From Phycisphaerae bacterium (GTDB lineage: Bacteria; Planctomycetota; Phycisphaerae; SM23-33), in NCBI GenBank assembly GCA_016782885.1, contig JADHXQ010000009.1:276-64275 (forward strand): 64,000 bases of DNA. The letters are read 5' to 3'. The position numbers and the translations under genes were made by a program. Every line of letters starts with the position of its first letter. The stretch's first letter is position 1. The notes under the pieces are model-generated. The model was not told the origin of the DNA, did no database searches, and saw only the letters and a program-made list of their open reading frames with translations. This document shows positions 55,916-63,689 of the stretch, one piece after another.

Positions 55916-56640
55916 AAAATTTGGATAACGGCGATAAGCTTAAATACGGCCAGAGAGACAGGGTTCCGCCGGCGCCTTACTAAATTATTGCTTCGCTTTC
56001 TTCCATGGCCCTTTTGGGCCGCGTTTCTTTGGCATCAGGTCACGGGAAGTCATCCGCTGCGGCTGGGCGATTCGGGGCACGGTATCGAGGGATACACGAA
56101 AGAATACCACCTGGAGGAGTTTCGGAAATGGAAAGCACCCCGGCAGGAGATATCCGTTGGACGACTCTGGCGTCCACGCGCGTCCACGACGCGCTAAACC
56201 CTTCGACTGCGCTCAGGACAGGACGCAAGCGGTTTCCCGCTTCGTCCTCCGGACTTCGCGGGATGGGGTGATGTAACAACTTGATGGGAAAGATGTTAAT
56301 GTGCTGTGACATATCACGCGGCGTCAAATAAGTTTTTGAGGAATCTTCGGGGTGGATCGTGTTGTTATAAACGCCTTGCGTAAAAGTGGTTATAGCAAAA
56401 TGCGAAGTGGATTTGTACGACTGGCGTTCTTGGCGGCAGGTTCCCAATTTTGGCGCGGCGGTGGGGCTATGGTGCTTTGGATTATATTGAATCGACAGTA
56501 GATGATATGTCATAACTGTTTATGCGACGGCCTGATAGGCTGGTCATGTGGGCGTGCCATGCGGCGAAAACGGTTGCCCCGCGACTGGCGGAAGGTGTGA
56601 ACCATTTGTGACATGCGAGCGACATTCGCTGCTGTCCGGA

Positions 56641-58056
56641 CTACAGATACAGATCCCTCTTGTCTGTGCTGCGTACCTGTTCGAGGCGATCGATGAGGTC
56701 GGATTTTTCGGTCGAGTCGGGGATCTTGTTCAGTTCGGCTTCGACCAGTGCGTCTCCGGCTTTGCGGGTCTCCGGCGAGGCGTAGTCGACGAGATACTCC
56801 ATCAGCGTGGTCAGCGCATTGGGCGTGCAGAACCGCTTGATGAAACCGGGTATCGCAAACTCCATGAAATGCTCGCCGGTCCGCCCGAGGCGGTAGCACG
56901 CGGTGCAGAAGCTTGGCACGTAACCGTCCTGGAGCAGTTCTCGCATCACCGAATCGAGGCTGCGAATGTCGCCGAGGGCGAACTGCTCGCGATCCATGCA
57001 CTGCGCGTCGCCTGATTCGGTATATCCTCCGATTTCGATCCGGCTTCCCGCGTCGATCTGGGAGACGCCGAATTCCATGACCTTTCGGCGGATTTCGGCG
57101 TTTTCCCGGGCGGTGAGAATCATTCCGGTGTAGGGGACCGCCAGTCGCAGCACGGCCACCAGTCGCACGAAATCTTCATCGTTGACCAGCGGGAAGTCGT
57201 TCAGCGATATACCGTGGGCCGGTTGGAGGCGCGGGAAACTTATCGTATGCGGTCCCACGCCGTATTTCCGCTGGAGTTCGAGGGCGTGGGTGACGAGTCC
57301 CAGGACCTCGAATCGCCAGTCATAGACCCCGAACAGGGCGCCGATACCGATATCGTCGCATCCGGCCTCCATGGCCCGGTTTAGCGCGTCGAGACGCCAG
57401 AGGTAGTCGCCCTTGCGGGTTGAGGCGGGGTGGATGGCGGAATAGGTTTCGTGGTGATAGGTTTCCTGGAAGACCTGGTAGGTCCCGATTCCCGCCTCGT
57501 GCATGATCTTGTATCCGTCGTGGTCGAGGGGTGCGGCATTGATGTTGACGCGGCGGATTTCACCGTGCCCTGATGTGACCGAGTAGACCTGCTGCACTGT
57601 CCGGGCCATGAACTCCGCGTCGTATTTCGGGTGTTCGCCGAAGACCAGTATCAGGCGCTTGTGCCCGGAATCTTCGAGTGCCGTGACCTGTTCGACGATT
57701 TCGTCGGGGGTCAGTGTTCGCCGGACGGCCTGGGTGTTGCTGCGGCGAAAGGCGCAGTACAGGCAGTCGTTGATGCAGTAGTTACCGATGTACAGCGGGG
57801 CGAACAGGACGATCCGGTTCCCGTAGACGTTGCGCTTAAGGGTGCGTGCGGCGTCGAACATCTCTTCGACCAGTTCGGTCTCTTCGCAGCGCAGGAGCGC
57901 GGAGGTTTCGGCGGCGCTCAAAGGCTCCTTCGCCAGTGATTTGGCGATTATTTCGCGTACTTCCGCCGGCGCCGGCGGAGGGGCGTTCAGCAGAGCGCCG
58001 AGTCGATCTTCGTCGATGAAGTCAACGGCGCCGTTGCTGAGTGTTAAGGATGTCAT
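56641..58056 (-). CDS. hydG: [FeFe]-hydrogenase H-cluster radical SAM maturase HydG
   Basis: CINDCLYCAF (CxxxCxxC), a ThiH-like core, and the C-terminal SFCTACYRLGRTGEHFM...FCTPNALTTLMEYL typical of HydG. ATG 58056 overlaps the hydE stop (ATGA); the alternative is ATG 58065. The longer ORF to 58359 is rejected. Confidence 0.85.
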   Translation of the reverse strand: MTSLTLSNGAVDFIDEDRLGALLNAPPPAPAEVREIIAKSLAKEPLSAAETSALLRCEETELVEEMFDAARTLKRNVYGNRIVLFAPLYIGNYCINDCLYCAFRRSNTQAVRRTLTPDEIVEQVTALEDSGHKRLILVFGEHPKYDAEFMARTVQQVYSVTSGHGEIRRVNINAAPLDHDGYKIMHEAGIGTYQVFQETYHHETYSAIHPASTRKGDYLWRLDALNRAMEAGCDDIGIGALFGVYDWRFEVLGLVTHALELQRKYGVGPHTISFPRLQPAHGISLNDFPLVNDEDFVRLVAVLRLAVPYTGMILTARENAEIRRKVMEFGVSQIDAGSRIEIGGYTESGDAQCMDREQFALGDIRSLDSVMRELLQDGYVPSFCTACYRLGRTGEHFMEFAIPGFIKRFCTPNALTTLMEYLVDYASPETRKAGDALVEAELNKIPDSTEKSDLIDRLEQVRSTDKRDLYL

Positions 58057-59123
58057 TGCACACATGTTACATCTCCGGAGGTTTGCCTGCGGCGCGCGAG
58101 GTAGTTCGGCGAGGCCCCAGGCCCCAGACCCACCGATCGCCCCAGCGACTCGATTCTGCTCCGCATGCATGAGTGACACTGCCGGGCGGTCTCGCGTATG
58201 CACGCCTTGGCTGGGTATATCTCGTACATCGGGCGATATTGCCGCGGCGTGAGATTCGGCATGACGACGTTGGCCCCGCGCGCCAGTCCAAGCTCTCGCC
58301 CCTCGGCGAGATTCAATGTAGCCAGCGCGGAGGTCGACGGTATGTTCGCAAGCGGGCAAACCAGGCGCGCCAGGGCCATCACGCGATAGGTCAACTCTTC
58401 GCTCGCCGGCGCCTGGTCGGCGCCGGCGCCGGTCTCTGCGCCCAGGGGCGTGTCGGGATGCGGGATGTACGGGCCCAGACCGATCATGTCGAGGTTCAAA
58501 CGGGCGAAGGTCTCGACGTCGCCGGCGAGATCGTCGTATGTCTGGCCCGGGATACCGACCATAACGCCCGAACCGACCTCGTAGCCCATCTCCGCCATCC
58601 GCAAAAGCATCGCCGGACGGTCGCTGCGGCGATCGCCCAGCGGCGGGTGAATGCGGTCAAACAGGCCTCGGTTGGATGTTTCAAAGCGGAGCAGGTATCT
58701 GTCGGCCCCGGCCGATCGCCAGTGTGCCAACTCCTCATCGCCGCGTTCCCCAAGCGACAGCGTTACAGCAAGTGGCGTGGTGGACTTTATCTCCGCGACC
58801 AGGCCGCCAATGAACTCGGCGGTCAAGAGGGGATCTTCCCCGGCCTGGATTACCACCGTACCGTATCCGTATTCGACGGCTTGGGCGGCACAGTCGAGTA
58901 TCTCGCCGGCGGACATCCGATATCTCTGAAGGCCGCTTCGCCCGGCGCTCAGCCCGCAGTATCCGCAGCGGCGCACGCAGTAGTTGCCGATCTCTATCAG
59001 CCCGCGCAGATGCACCTGGTCGCCGACGTTATCGCGGCGCACCTCGTCGGCGCGAGCCCAAAGCCGGGTCAGGGCCTCGGGATCTTCCTCCCGGAGCCAA
59101 CGGGTTATCTCATCGTGATCCAT
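58053..59123 (-). CDS. hydE: [FeFe]-hydrogenase H-cluster radical SAM maturase HydE
   Basis: IEIGNYCVRRCGYCGL (CxxxCxxC), a biotin-synthase-like fold and length (356 aa), adjacent to hydG. Confidence 0.8.
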   Translation of the reverse strand: MDHDEITRWLREEDPEALTRLWARADEVRRDNVGDQVHLRGLIEIGNYCVRRCGYCGLSAGRSGLQRYRMSAGEILDCAAQAVEYGYGTVVIQAGEDPLLTAEFIGGLVAEIKSTTPLAVTLSLGERGDEELAHWRSAGADRYLLRFETSNRGLFDRIHPPLGDRRSDRPAMLLRMAEMGYEVGSGVMVGIPGQTYDDLAGDVETFARLNLDMIGLGPYIPHPDTPLGAETGAGADQAPASEELTYRVMALARLVCPLANIPSTSALATLNLAEGRELGLARGANVVMPNLTPRQYRPMYEIYPAKACIRETARQCHSCMRSRIESLGRSVGLGPGASPNYLARRRQTSGDVTCVQ

Positions 59124-59215
59124 CTCTTCAGCGGCGGCGCAGTTCTTTGCAGTCGCCCCCGGGGCTTCCCCTCAACCGGTTGGGTCGGCGGTCCTGTAAT
59201 TCATTCTATGCTCCC

Positions 59216-59893
59216 CTATGCTCCCGCGACGTCGGAATCCTTGTTCGATTGCACGAAATATGCGACTTTTTCCATCGACGTCGTCAGATCCACGTGCTCG
59301 ACGTACACGTTGGGGGGAAGGTGCAACCGTATCGGAGCGAAGTTCAGGATGCCCGTAACGCCGGCGTCCACGAGTTTATCGCCCACCTCCTGTGCCCTGT
59401 TGGCAGGGACGGTAATAACGCCCAGAGATATGCCCATTTGGGCCACTGTTGTCTTGAGATATGCCATATCGCAGCAGGGGCAGTTGCAGATCTCCGAACC
59501 AATCTTGTTCGGATCGTTGTCGAAGGCGGCTACTATCTTCAGCTTCGGACGCCTGCCCTCAAAGTAGGCCATGATCGCCCGCCCCAGATTGCCCGCACCA
59601 ACAATAATCCCGCGCGTTCCATCCGGATTGTCCATGAAACTGTTGATGCTCTCGGACAGATCGGCCACTTCATACCCCTTGGACGGACTACCGGAGTATC
59701 CTATCGCCATCAGATCTCGCCTGACCTGCGGGGCGGTACCGCCAGACAGAGTCGCCAACTCGTGCGAATAGATGTTCTGGCGCCCCTTGGCCAACAATCC
59801 GGACAACAGGCGGCGATACAGGCTCAGTCGTCCAATGGTTTTCTCGGATACCAACTCTCGGGTCTCCATGCGTGTTGAGATACTATTGCTCAT
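59216..59893 (-). CDS. rex: redox-sensing transcriptional repressor Rex
   Basis: RLSLYRRLL...SHELA...GGTAPQVRRDL...GYSGSPSKGY (winged helix) and IIVGAGNLGRAI (Rossmann NADH site). Confidence 0.9.
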   Translation of the reverse strand: MSNSISTRMETRELVSEKTIGRLSLYRRLLSGLLAKGRQNIYSHELATLSGGTAPQVRRDLMAIGYSGSPSKGYEVADLSESINSFMDNPDGTRGIIVGAGNLGRAIMAYFEGRRPKLKIVAAFDNDPNKIGSEICNCPCCDMAYLKTTVAQMGISLGVITVPANRAQEVGDKLVDAGVTGILNFAPIRLHLPPNVYVEHVDLTTSMEKVAYFVQSNKDSDVAGA

Positions 59894-59915
59894 ACATCGA
59901 CGTATACGGAAGAAG

Positions 59916-59933
59916 CTGTGAACTTTTTCACAG
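59916..59933. promoter_or_regulatory. Rex operator
   Basis: CTGTGAACTTTTTCACAG matches the Rex consensus TTGTGAA-N4-TTCACAA at 12 of 14 specified positions (16 of 18 if the N4 spacer is counted), with a perfect TGTGAA/TTCACA inverted repeat. It lies 23 nt upstream of the rex ATG and 6 nt downstream of the -10. Confidence 0.8.
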
Positions 59934-59938
59934 ATAGC

Positions 59939-59967
59939 ATAATATACCGCACTCGGCGAAAAGTCAA
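59939..59967 (-). promoter_or_regulatory. sigma70-like promoter of rex-hydE-hydG
   Basis: On the minus strand: TTGACT (59967..59962), a 17-nt spacer, then TATTAT (59944..59939). Confidence 0.55.
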
Positions 59968-60008
59968 CTGGTCTACGGATTGCTCGAATTGTGTCGGCCT
60001 GGGGGAGG

Positions 60009-60136
60009 GGTCAAGGGCATTGTGCCTCCTGCTCGGGGTAATCGTATCTAACATTGTCGGGTATCGGGCGGTTTGGATTTCCACACAGCTTGCCCTGAGC
60101 GAAGTCGAAGGGAGGCTCGGAGAACGGCGGCGGCGG
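60009..60136. repeat. ~128-nt upstream element, copy 2 (paralog of 55801..55915)
   Basis: See copy 1. This copy has the same orientation and lies 154 nt (31-nt block) upstream of the rex start, versus 166 nt upstream of the zinc-ribbon gene start. It contains CCTGAGCGAAGTCGAAGGG (60094..60112), which recurs inverted at 56199..56217 (18/19). Confidence 0.85.
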
Positions 60137-60138
60137 AT

Positions 60139-60473
60139 CAACAGCCAACAACCAACACGGAACGCCCAACAATCAAGTAAACGACAATGGCAACGGCAAC
60201 GGCAACGGCCTTTTCTTTAACCACGGAAAACACGGAAGACACAGAAATAAAAACGGCAACGGCAACGACATCAGCCACGGATGGCACCCGCCTTCGCCGA
60301 GGCTTCGGAGGGCAGGCTGGAAAGCACGGAAATGTTAACGACCACGGCGACGAAACCAGAGCCGTAATTTGGATGCGGTCCGCCGCGGCGGAACGCCGCT
60401 TTCACTTGTCGCGGAGCGACGGCTGTTGCCTTTCGCCGTTCCTTGAATATTGGGCGTTTCTTGTTGGCTGTTG
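60139..60473. repeat. 335-nt element bounded by ~55-60-nt imperfect inverted arms (MITE-like or structured RNA locus)
   Basis: The left arm CAACAGCCAACAA...AACGCCCAA...CAAG... pairs with the reverse complement of 60415..60473. Blocks of 13/13 and 9/9 are perfect, and a following 36-nt stretch is 26/36. The interior holds (GGCAAC)x3, core copy B (60221..60258) and a second module at 60325..60350. Confidence 0.75.
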
Positions 60474-60561
60474 GCCTCTGTGTTCCCGTTCACGTTTTAC
60501 CTTCAAAAGTGTAAACTTAATATTTGAGACGTTCCCGGAATTTGAAAACACCGACCACGCC

Positions 60562-60963
60562 CTATTTTGTAAACGCCACAGCCCCGGCGCGAACAAAATC
60601 CGACAAACCGCGAAATCCCCTTTGCTTGGCGACCTCTTCGATAACGGTTTTTTCCTCCACCGTCAGACGAATATTGACCTGTTCGCTTCGAATGCCTGAT
60701 CTGGCGGGAACAGGAGGTGTTTGACCCTGCTCCAACATGGTCGCCACGGCTGCCGCCAAGGCGTCGCGAGTATTCTTGACGCATTTTGCGGGCGTTTTGC
60801 CATCGGCGAAAACAGTGGCCAATTCCAACCCATGGGCGAACCATTCACCGTCTTCATATGTCAGGACAATCTGGTACTGATCGACCAGTTTCTTCGCCTT
60901 GACCATAATGGACGGAGCAAAAGGACGATCGACTGCTTCAGATTTTTTCGATTTTACGGACAT
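60562..60963 (-). CDS. hicB: HicB-family antitoxin with C-terminal RHH domain
   Basis: YQIVLTYEDGEWFAHGLELATVFADGKTPAKCVKNTRDALAAAVATMLEQG (HicB fold), followed by QVNIRLTVEEKTVIEEVAKQRGFRGLSDFVR (RHH). Confidence 0.7.
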   Translation of the reverse strand: MSVKSKKSEAVDRPFAPSIMVKAKKLVDQYQIVLTYEDGEWFAHGLELATVFADGKTPAKCVKNTRDALAAAVATMLEQGQTPPVPARSGIRSEQVNIRLTVEEKTVIEEVAKQRGFRGLSDFVRAGAVAFTK

Positions 60964-60971
60964 AATACGGT

Positions 60972-61118
60972 TTAACCTTTCCTTTTATGCACCGGGATGC
61001 TCACGGGATTCTCGCCCGGCTTTACAAACACGTGATGCGAGCCGGAAATCCTCGCGAGTGTATAGCCCTTGCGGTTCAGCATCTTTTCGACCTCGGATAA
61101 TCTCTTTGAACTCGCCAC
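60972..61118 (-). CDS. hicA: HicA-family toxin, short form (48 aa)
   Basis: Not in the ORF track because it is under 60 aa. Hand translation: (V)ASSKRLSEVEKMLNRKGYTLARISGSHHVFVKPGENPVSIPVHKRKG*. The GSHH.F motif is present. The stop lies 8 nt before the hicB ATG. It lacks the usual ~15-aa C-terminal tail, and the GTG start is assumed. Confidence 0.6.
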   Translation of the reverse strand: MASSKRLSEVEKMLNRKGYTLARISGSHHVFVKPGENPVSIPVHKRKG

Positions 61119-61280
61119 AATATCAGTATATCACAAGCTATACTGAATACAAGAGAGATTCTAGACTTGGCGGCGGTCGAACTGCGGGAGGCATTGTTCC
61201 AGCTCGGGCAAATCAGCGGGCAGGTAGTAACCGAAGACATCCTCGGCAGGAGTTTTCAAAGGTTCTGCGTGGGCAAGTAG
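61119..61280 (+). pseudogene. mnmE: orphan 3' fragment of mnmE (tRNA modification GTPase)
   Basis: Hand translation ...EILDLAAVELREALFQLGQISGQVVTEDILGRSFQRFCVGK* ends with the MnmE-specific C-terminal FC(I/V)GK motif. No GTPase or N-terminal part lies upstream, and the frame runs straight into hicA. Confidence 0.6.
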
Positions 61281-61414
61281 GGTTGTCGGATAAAACCAGT
61301 TATCAGTTGTTGGTGATCAGTGACAATGGCGAACACGGCAGGCGGGGCTCATTTCAGGTTTCTTCTTACCGTAGAGAACCCGGCGCAGCCGTTGGCCGCA
61401 ACCAAATGTAGTGT

Positions 61415-61479
61415 CGGCAACGACTTTTTTTGCCACGGAAAACACGGAAATGTTAACGGCGACGGCGATGTCGTTGCCG
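61415..61479. repeat. dispersed element core, copy C, enclosed by a 10-bp inverted repeat
   Basis: CGGCAACGAC TTTTTTT GCCACGGAAAACACGGAAATGTTAACGGCGACGGCGAT GTCGTTGCCG. Positions 61443..61468 are 24/26 identical to 60325..60350. Confidence 0.85.
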
Positions 61480-61663
61480 TTTGTTATTGAGCCCTACGAT
61501 AGGAGGGTGATCGGAAAGTAGCCCAGCGGTGAGCCGCAGGCGAGCCCTGGGATATCGATCCTTTTATATCCCCAGAGCCCTCCGAACGGAGGGTGATTGA
61601 AAACCCCGCAGCACTCGTCTCAATCCTTATTTTATATTTTGACGCCCGCCCCCGAACACCCCC

Positions 61664-62992
61664 TCACCGCTCGTCCTCCTCGTCGTCCTCGTCCTCGTCC
61701 TCGTCCCAGTCCTCTTCGCCTTCGTCATCCCAGGAATACTGAGGCGGCGGGTCGCCCTTGGCGGCGATGACCTTCGGGCTGCCCCGATGGAGGGCGTCGA
61801 GGACCTCGCGAACCCGGACGCGGAACTCCCAGCAGTCGCCGAAGTCGAACAGATAGAGGAACTCCTGCCCGACGAAGAGGTCGATGGCGCCCATGGCCGC
61901 TTCATCGGCGAACGGTCCCACGTCGCCTCTTGGGTCCTCGTAGCGATCGTCCGAGTATCTTTTGCCGTCCATGTAGAAGGCGTAGAGGTGGTCGCTGTCG
62001 AAGTTGAACGCATCCTGGATGGCCTGGTGGAGGGCCTCCAGCGTGTGCTCGTCGGACAGGGCGATGGTCCGCCGGACCGGTCCCAGCGACACCTCGACCA
62101 CGTAGGTTCCCTCGCGCCACTCCCGAGTGGGGGAAGTGGGCAGCACCAGGCTGTCCGCGCCGGATGGAAGGAGCGGCCGGAAGGCGTCCGCAAAGGGTGT
62201 CTCAACCTCCACGCCGCCGTCGCCGGGCTCGCGGCTCTGGCCCGGGAACTCCGGCGGATCGTGCTTGCGCCCCGGAAGGTTCCACAGAGAGATCGGGCGG
62301 TCTTCCCGGAGCACCTTCAGGACGTGCGCGCCGAACGGCGTGACGGTGACTGTCTTCAGACAGATATCGCCCTTGGAGTGGAACCGACTCTCCATCGGCA
62401 AATTGCGCGTATGCTCGACCAAACCGAACAGGCCCAGATGGACGAGGAAAGGATGCCCATACGCCGAGAGGACCGCCAGATTCGCCGGTAGCCTTCCGCC
62501 GACGGCCAGGGCCTTGCCCGGGTGGAGGCCTCCCAGCGCATCCAGGACCATCTCGATGAGGAGCGGGTCTGTCCGCTGCCGCGAGCCGCCCCCATGAAGG
62601 GCTTCCCAATCGCAGTAAACCCAGGCGGCCTCGAGCAGCGCGAGGAACCTGCCCGCCGGCGAGAGCCTCATCAGTTCCGCCGCTCGTTCGGTCGGGACCA
62701 TGCGCAGCTTTGCGCCGACCTTGTCGAAAACGTGCAGGCGGTCGTTCATGCACACCCGCTGGAAGAAGTTCAGCAGCAGGTAGTACTCCTGGTCGGTGCG
62801 CGGATGCGTGTCGGTGCGGAACGTCAGCATCTGCCCATCGAGCGCGTGAAGGGTCTTGCGGTCGAGCGTTCGTTTGGCCGCCGTCAGGTAGGCCGACGGG
62901 GCCTCGATCGCCTCCAGGAAGAGGTCGAAATCCCGAACGATCGGCGAGGGCCAGGTCTCCGTGAACTCGTAGGGAGGGGCGTTCTCTGTCAT
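61664..62992 (-). CDS. plasmid pRiA4b ORF-3-like family protein with acidic tail
   Basis: The C-terminal domain ...LHQAIQDAFNFDSDHLYAFYMDGKRY...FLYLFDFGDCWEFRVRV fits the pRiA4b ORF-3 / IS1096 TnpR-passenger family pattern. The tail is WDDEGEEDWDEDEDEDDEEDER. Confidence 0.6.
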   Translation of the reverse strand: MTENAPPYEFTETWPSPIVRDFDLFLEAIEAPSAYLTAAKRTLDRKTLHALDGQMLTFRTDTHPRTDQEYYLLLNFFQRVCMNDRLHVFDKVGAKLRMVPTERAAELMRLSPAGRFLALLEAAWVYCDWEALHGGGSRQRTDPLLIEMVLDALGGLHPGKALAVGGRLPANLAVLSAYGHPFLVHLGLFGLVEHTRNLPMESRFHSKGDICLKTVTVTPFGAHVLKVLREDRPISLWNLPGRKHDPPEFPGQSREPGDGGVEVETPFADAFRPLLPSGADSLVLPTSPTREWREGTYVVEVSLGPVRRTIALSDEHTLEALHQAIQDAFNFDSDHLYAFYMDGKRYSDDRYEDPRGDVGPFADEAAMGAIDLFVGQEFLYLFDFGDCWEFRVRVREVLDALHRGSPKVIAAKGDPPPQYSWDDEGEEDWDEDEDEDDEEDER

Positions 62993-63428
62993 CTCAGTGC
63001 TCCGCGTGGCTGTGGGGGGATCTCGCCGGCCCAGTCACGCGGCCCATGGTGCCGGCAGTTGAGGCCCAGGGACCGTCCCCGAGCCGATTAGAGACAATAT
63101 GACACCCGATCCCGGGCCAGTCAAAACAAATTACGTCTTGCTGGCTGCTGGATATTCGCCTCTGCCGTCCACCCCCCGCCGTTCGCCGTTTCCGTCGCCA
63201 ATTGCCAATTGCCACACCGTTAGACCAATAATCAAACAAAGCGTTCCCCAATCGGCGACAACCAAAAGAACCTCTAAAGTGTAAAGTGAAAGCCTGCTGT
63301 CGTTTTGCCACGTCGTAGCATTGCGAAGACGGGACTTGCCGCGACGTAGTCCGCAGGACGAAGACGGGTCCCCGATACCCCCAAATCGACAGGCCCTTTG
63401 AGCCTGACCCGATGTCGTTCGTATTCGA

Positions 63429-63689
63429 TCATCGATAGATCAGCGGGTATGCGGCCGGATCGCGCAGGGACTCCACCGACAGGTCGACATCCAGTGCGGG
63501 CCAATGCAGGTGGTCCTCGTGAAGAAGATGAACGTCAAGGATATCGGCCACCTTGGCCTCCTTGAACCATGGGTAGTCAGTGTACGGCAGGAAGTACTCG
63601 GCCCCTTTCAAATAGAGCCACACCCCATGGCCGTCGATATTCACGATCTCAACGTCTGAAGTGTCCGTGCCAAGCTCTTGCGATTTCAT
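63429..63689 (-). CDS. DUF2442-domain protein
   Basis: EIVNIDGHGVWLYLKGAEYFLPYTDYPWFKEA.......V.......LHWPALDVDLSVESL is the typical DUF2442 pattern. It is paired with DUF4160 upstream. Confidence 0.65.
   Translation of the reverse strand: MKSQELGTDTSDVEIVNIDGHGVWLYLKGAEYFLPYTDYPWFKEAKVADILDVHLLHEDHLHWPALDVDLSVESLRDPAAYPLIYR

Noticed and set aside
55985-56053. 22-aa Lys-rich micro-ORF MTSRDLMPKKRGPKGPWKKAKQ on the minus strand.
   Set aside because: It is too short to support without Ribo-seq or conservation data, and it has no obvious RBS.
56040-57001. ORFs 56040..56513 and 56510..57001 (minus strand) in and near the hydG 3' region.
   Set aside because: They have no motifs. One overlaps the hydG C-terminus out of frame, and the other translates repeat words. 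They are treated as non-coding.
58057-58359. Roughly 100-aa upstream extension of the hydG ORF, overlapping hydE.
   Set aside because: The extension lies inside hydE in another frame and has no HydG similarity. ATG 58056 or 58065 gives the expected HydG N-terminus.
60187-60699. 170-aa ORF (MATATATAFSLTTENTEDTEIKTATATT...) and its counterpart at 29947..30162 (FATENTEDTEIETAG).
   Set aside because: The shared peptide is just the translation of the dispersed 38-nt element in both loci. The sequence is low complexity, has no RBS, and spans repeat modules.
63274-63504. 76-aa minus-strand ORF overlapping the DUF2442 gene end and the repeat-rich spacer.
   Set aside because: It is out of frame with DUF2442, Arg/Gly-rich, and has no support.
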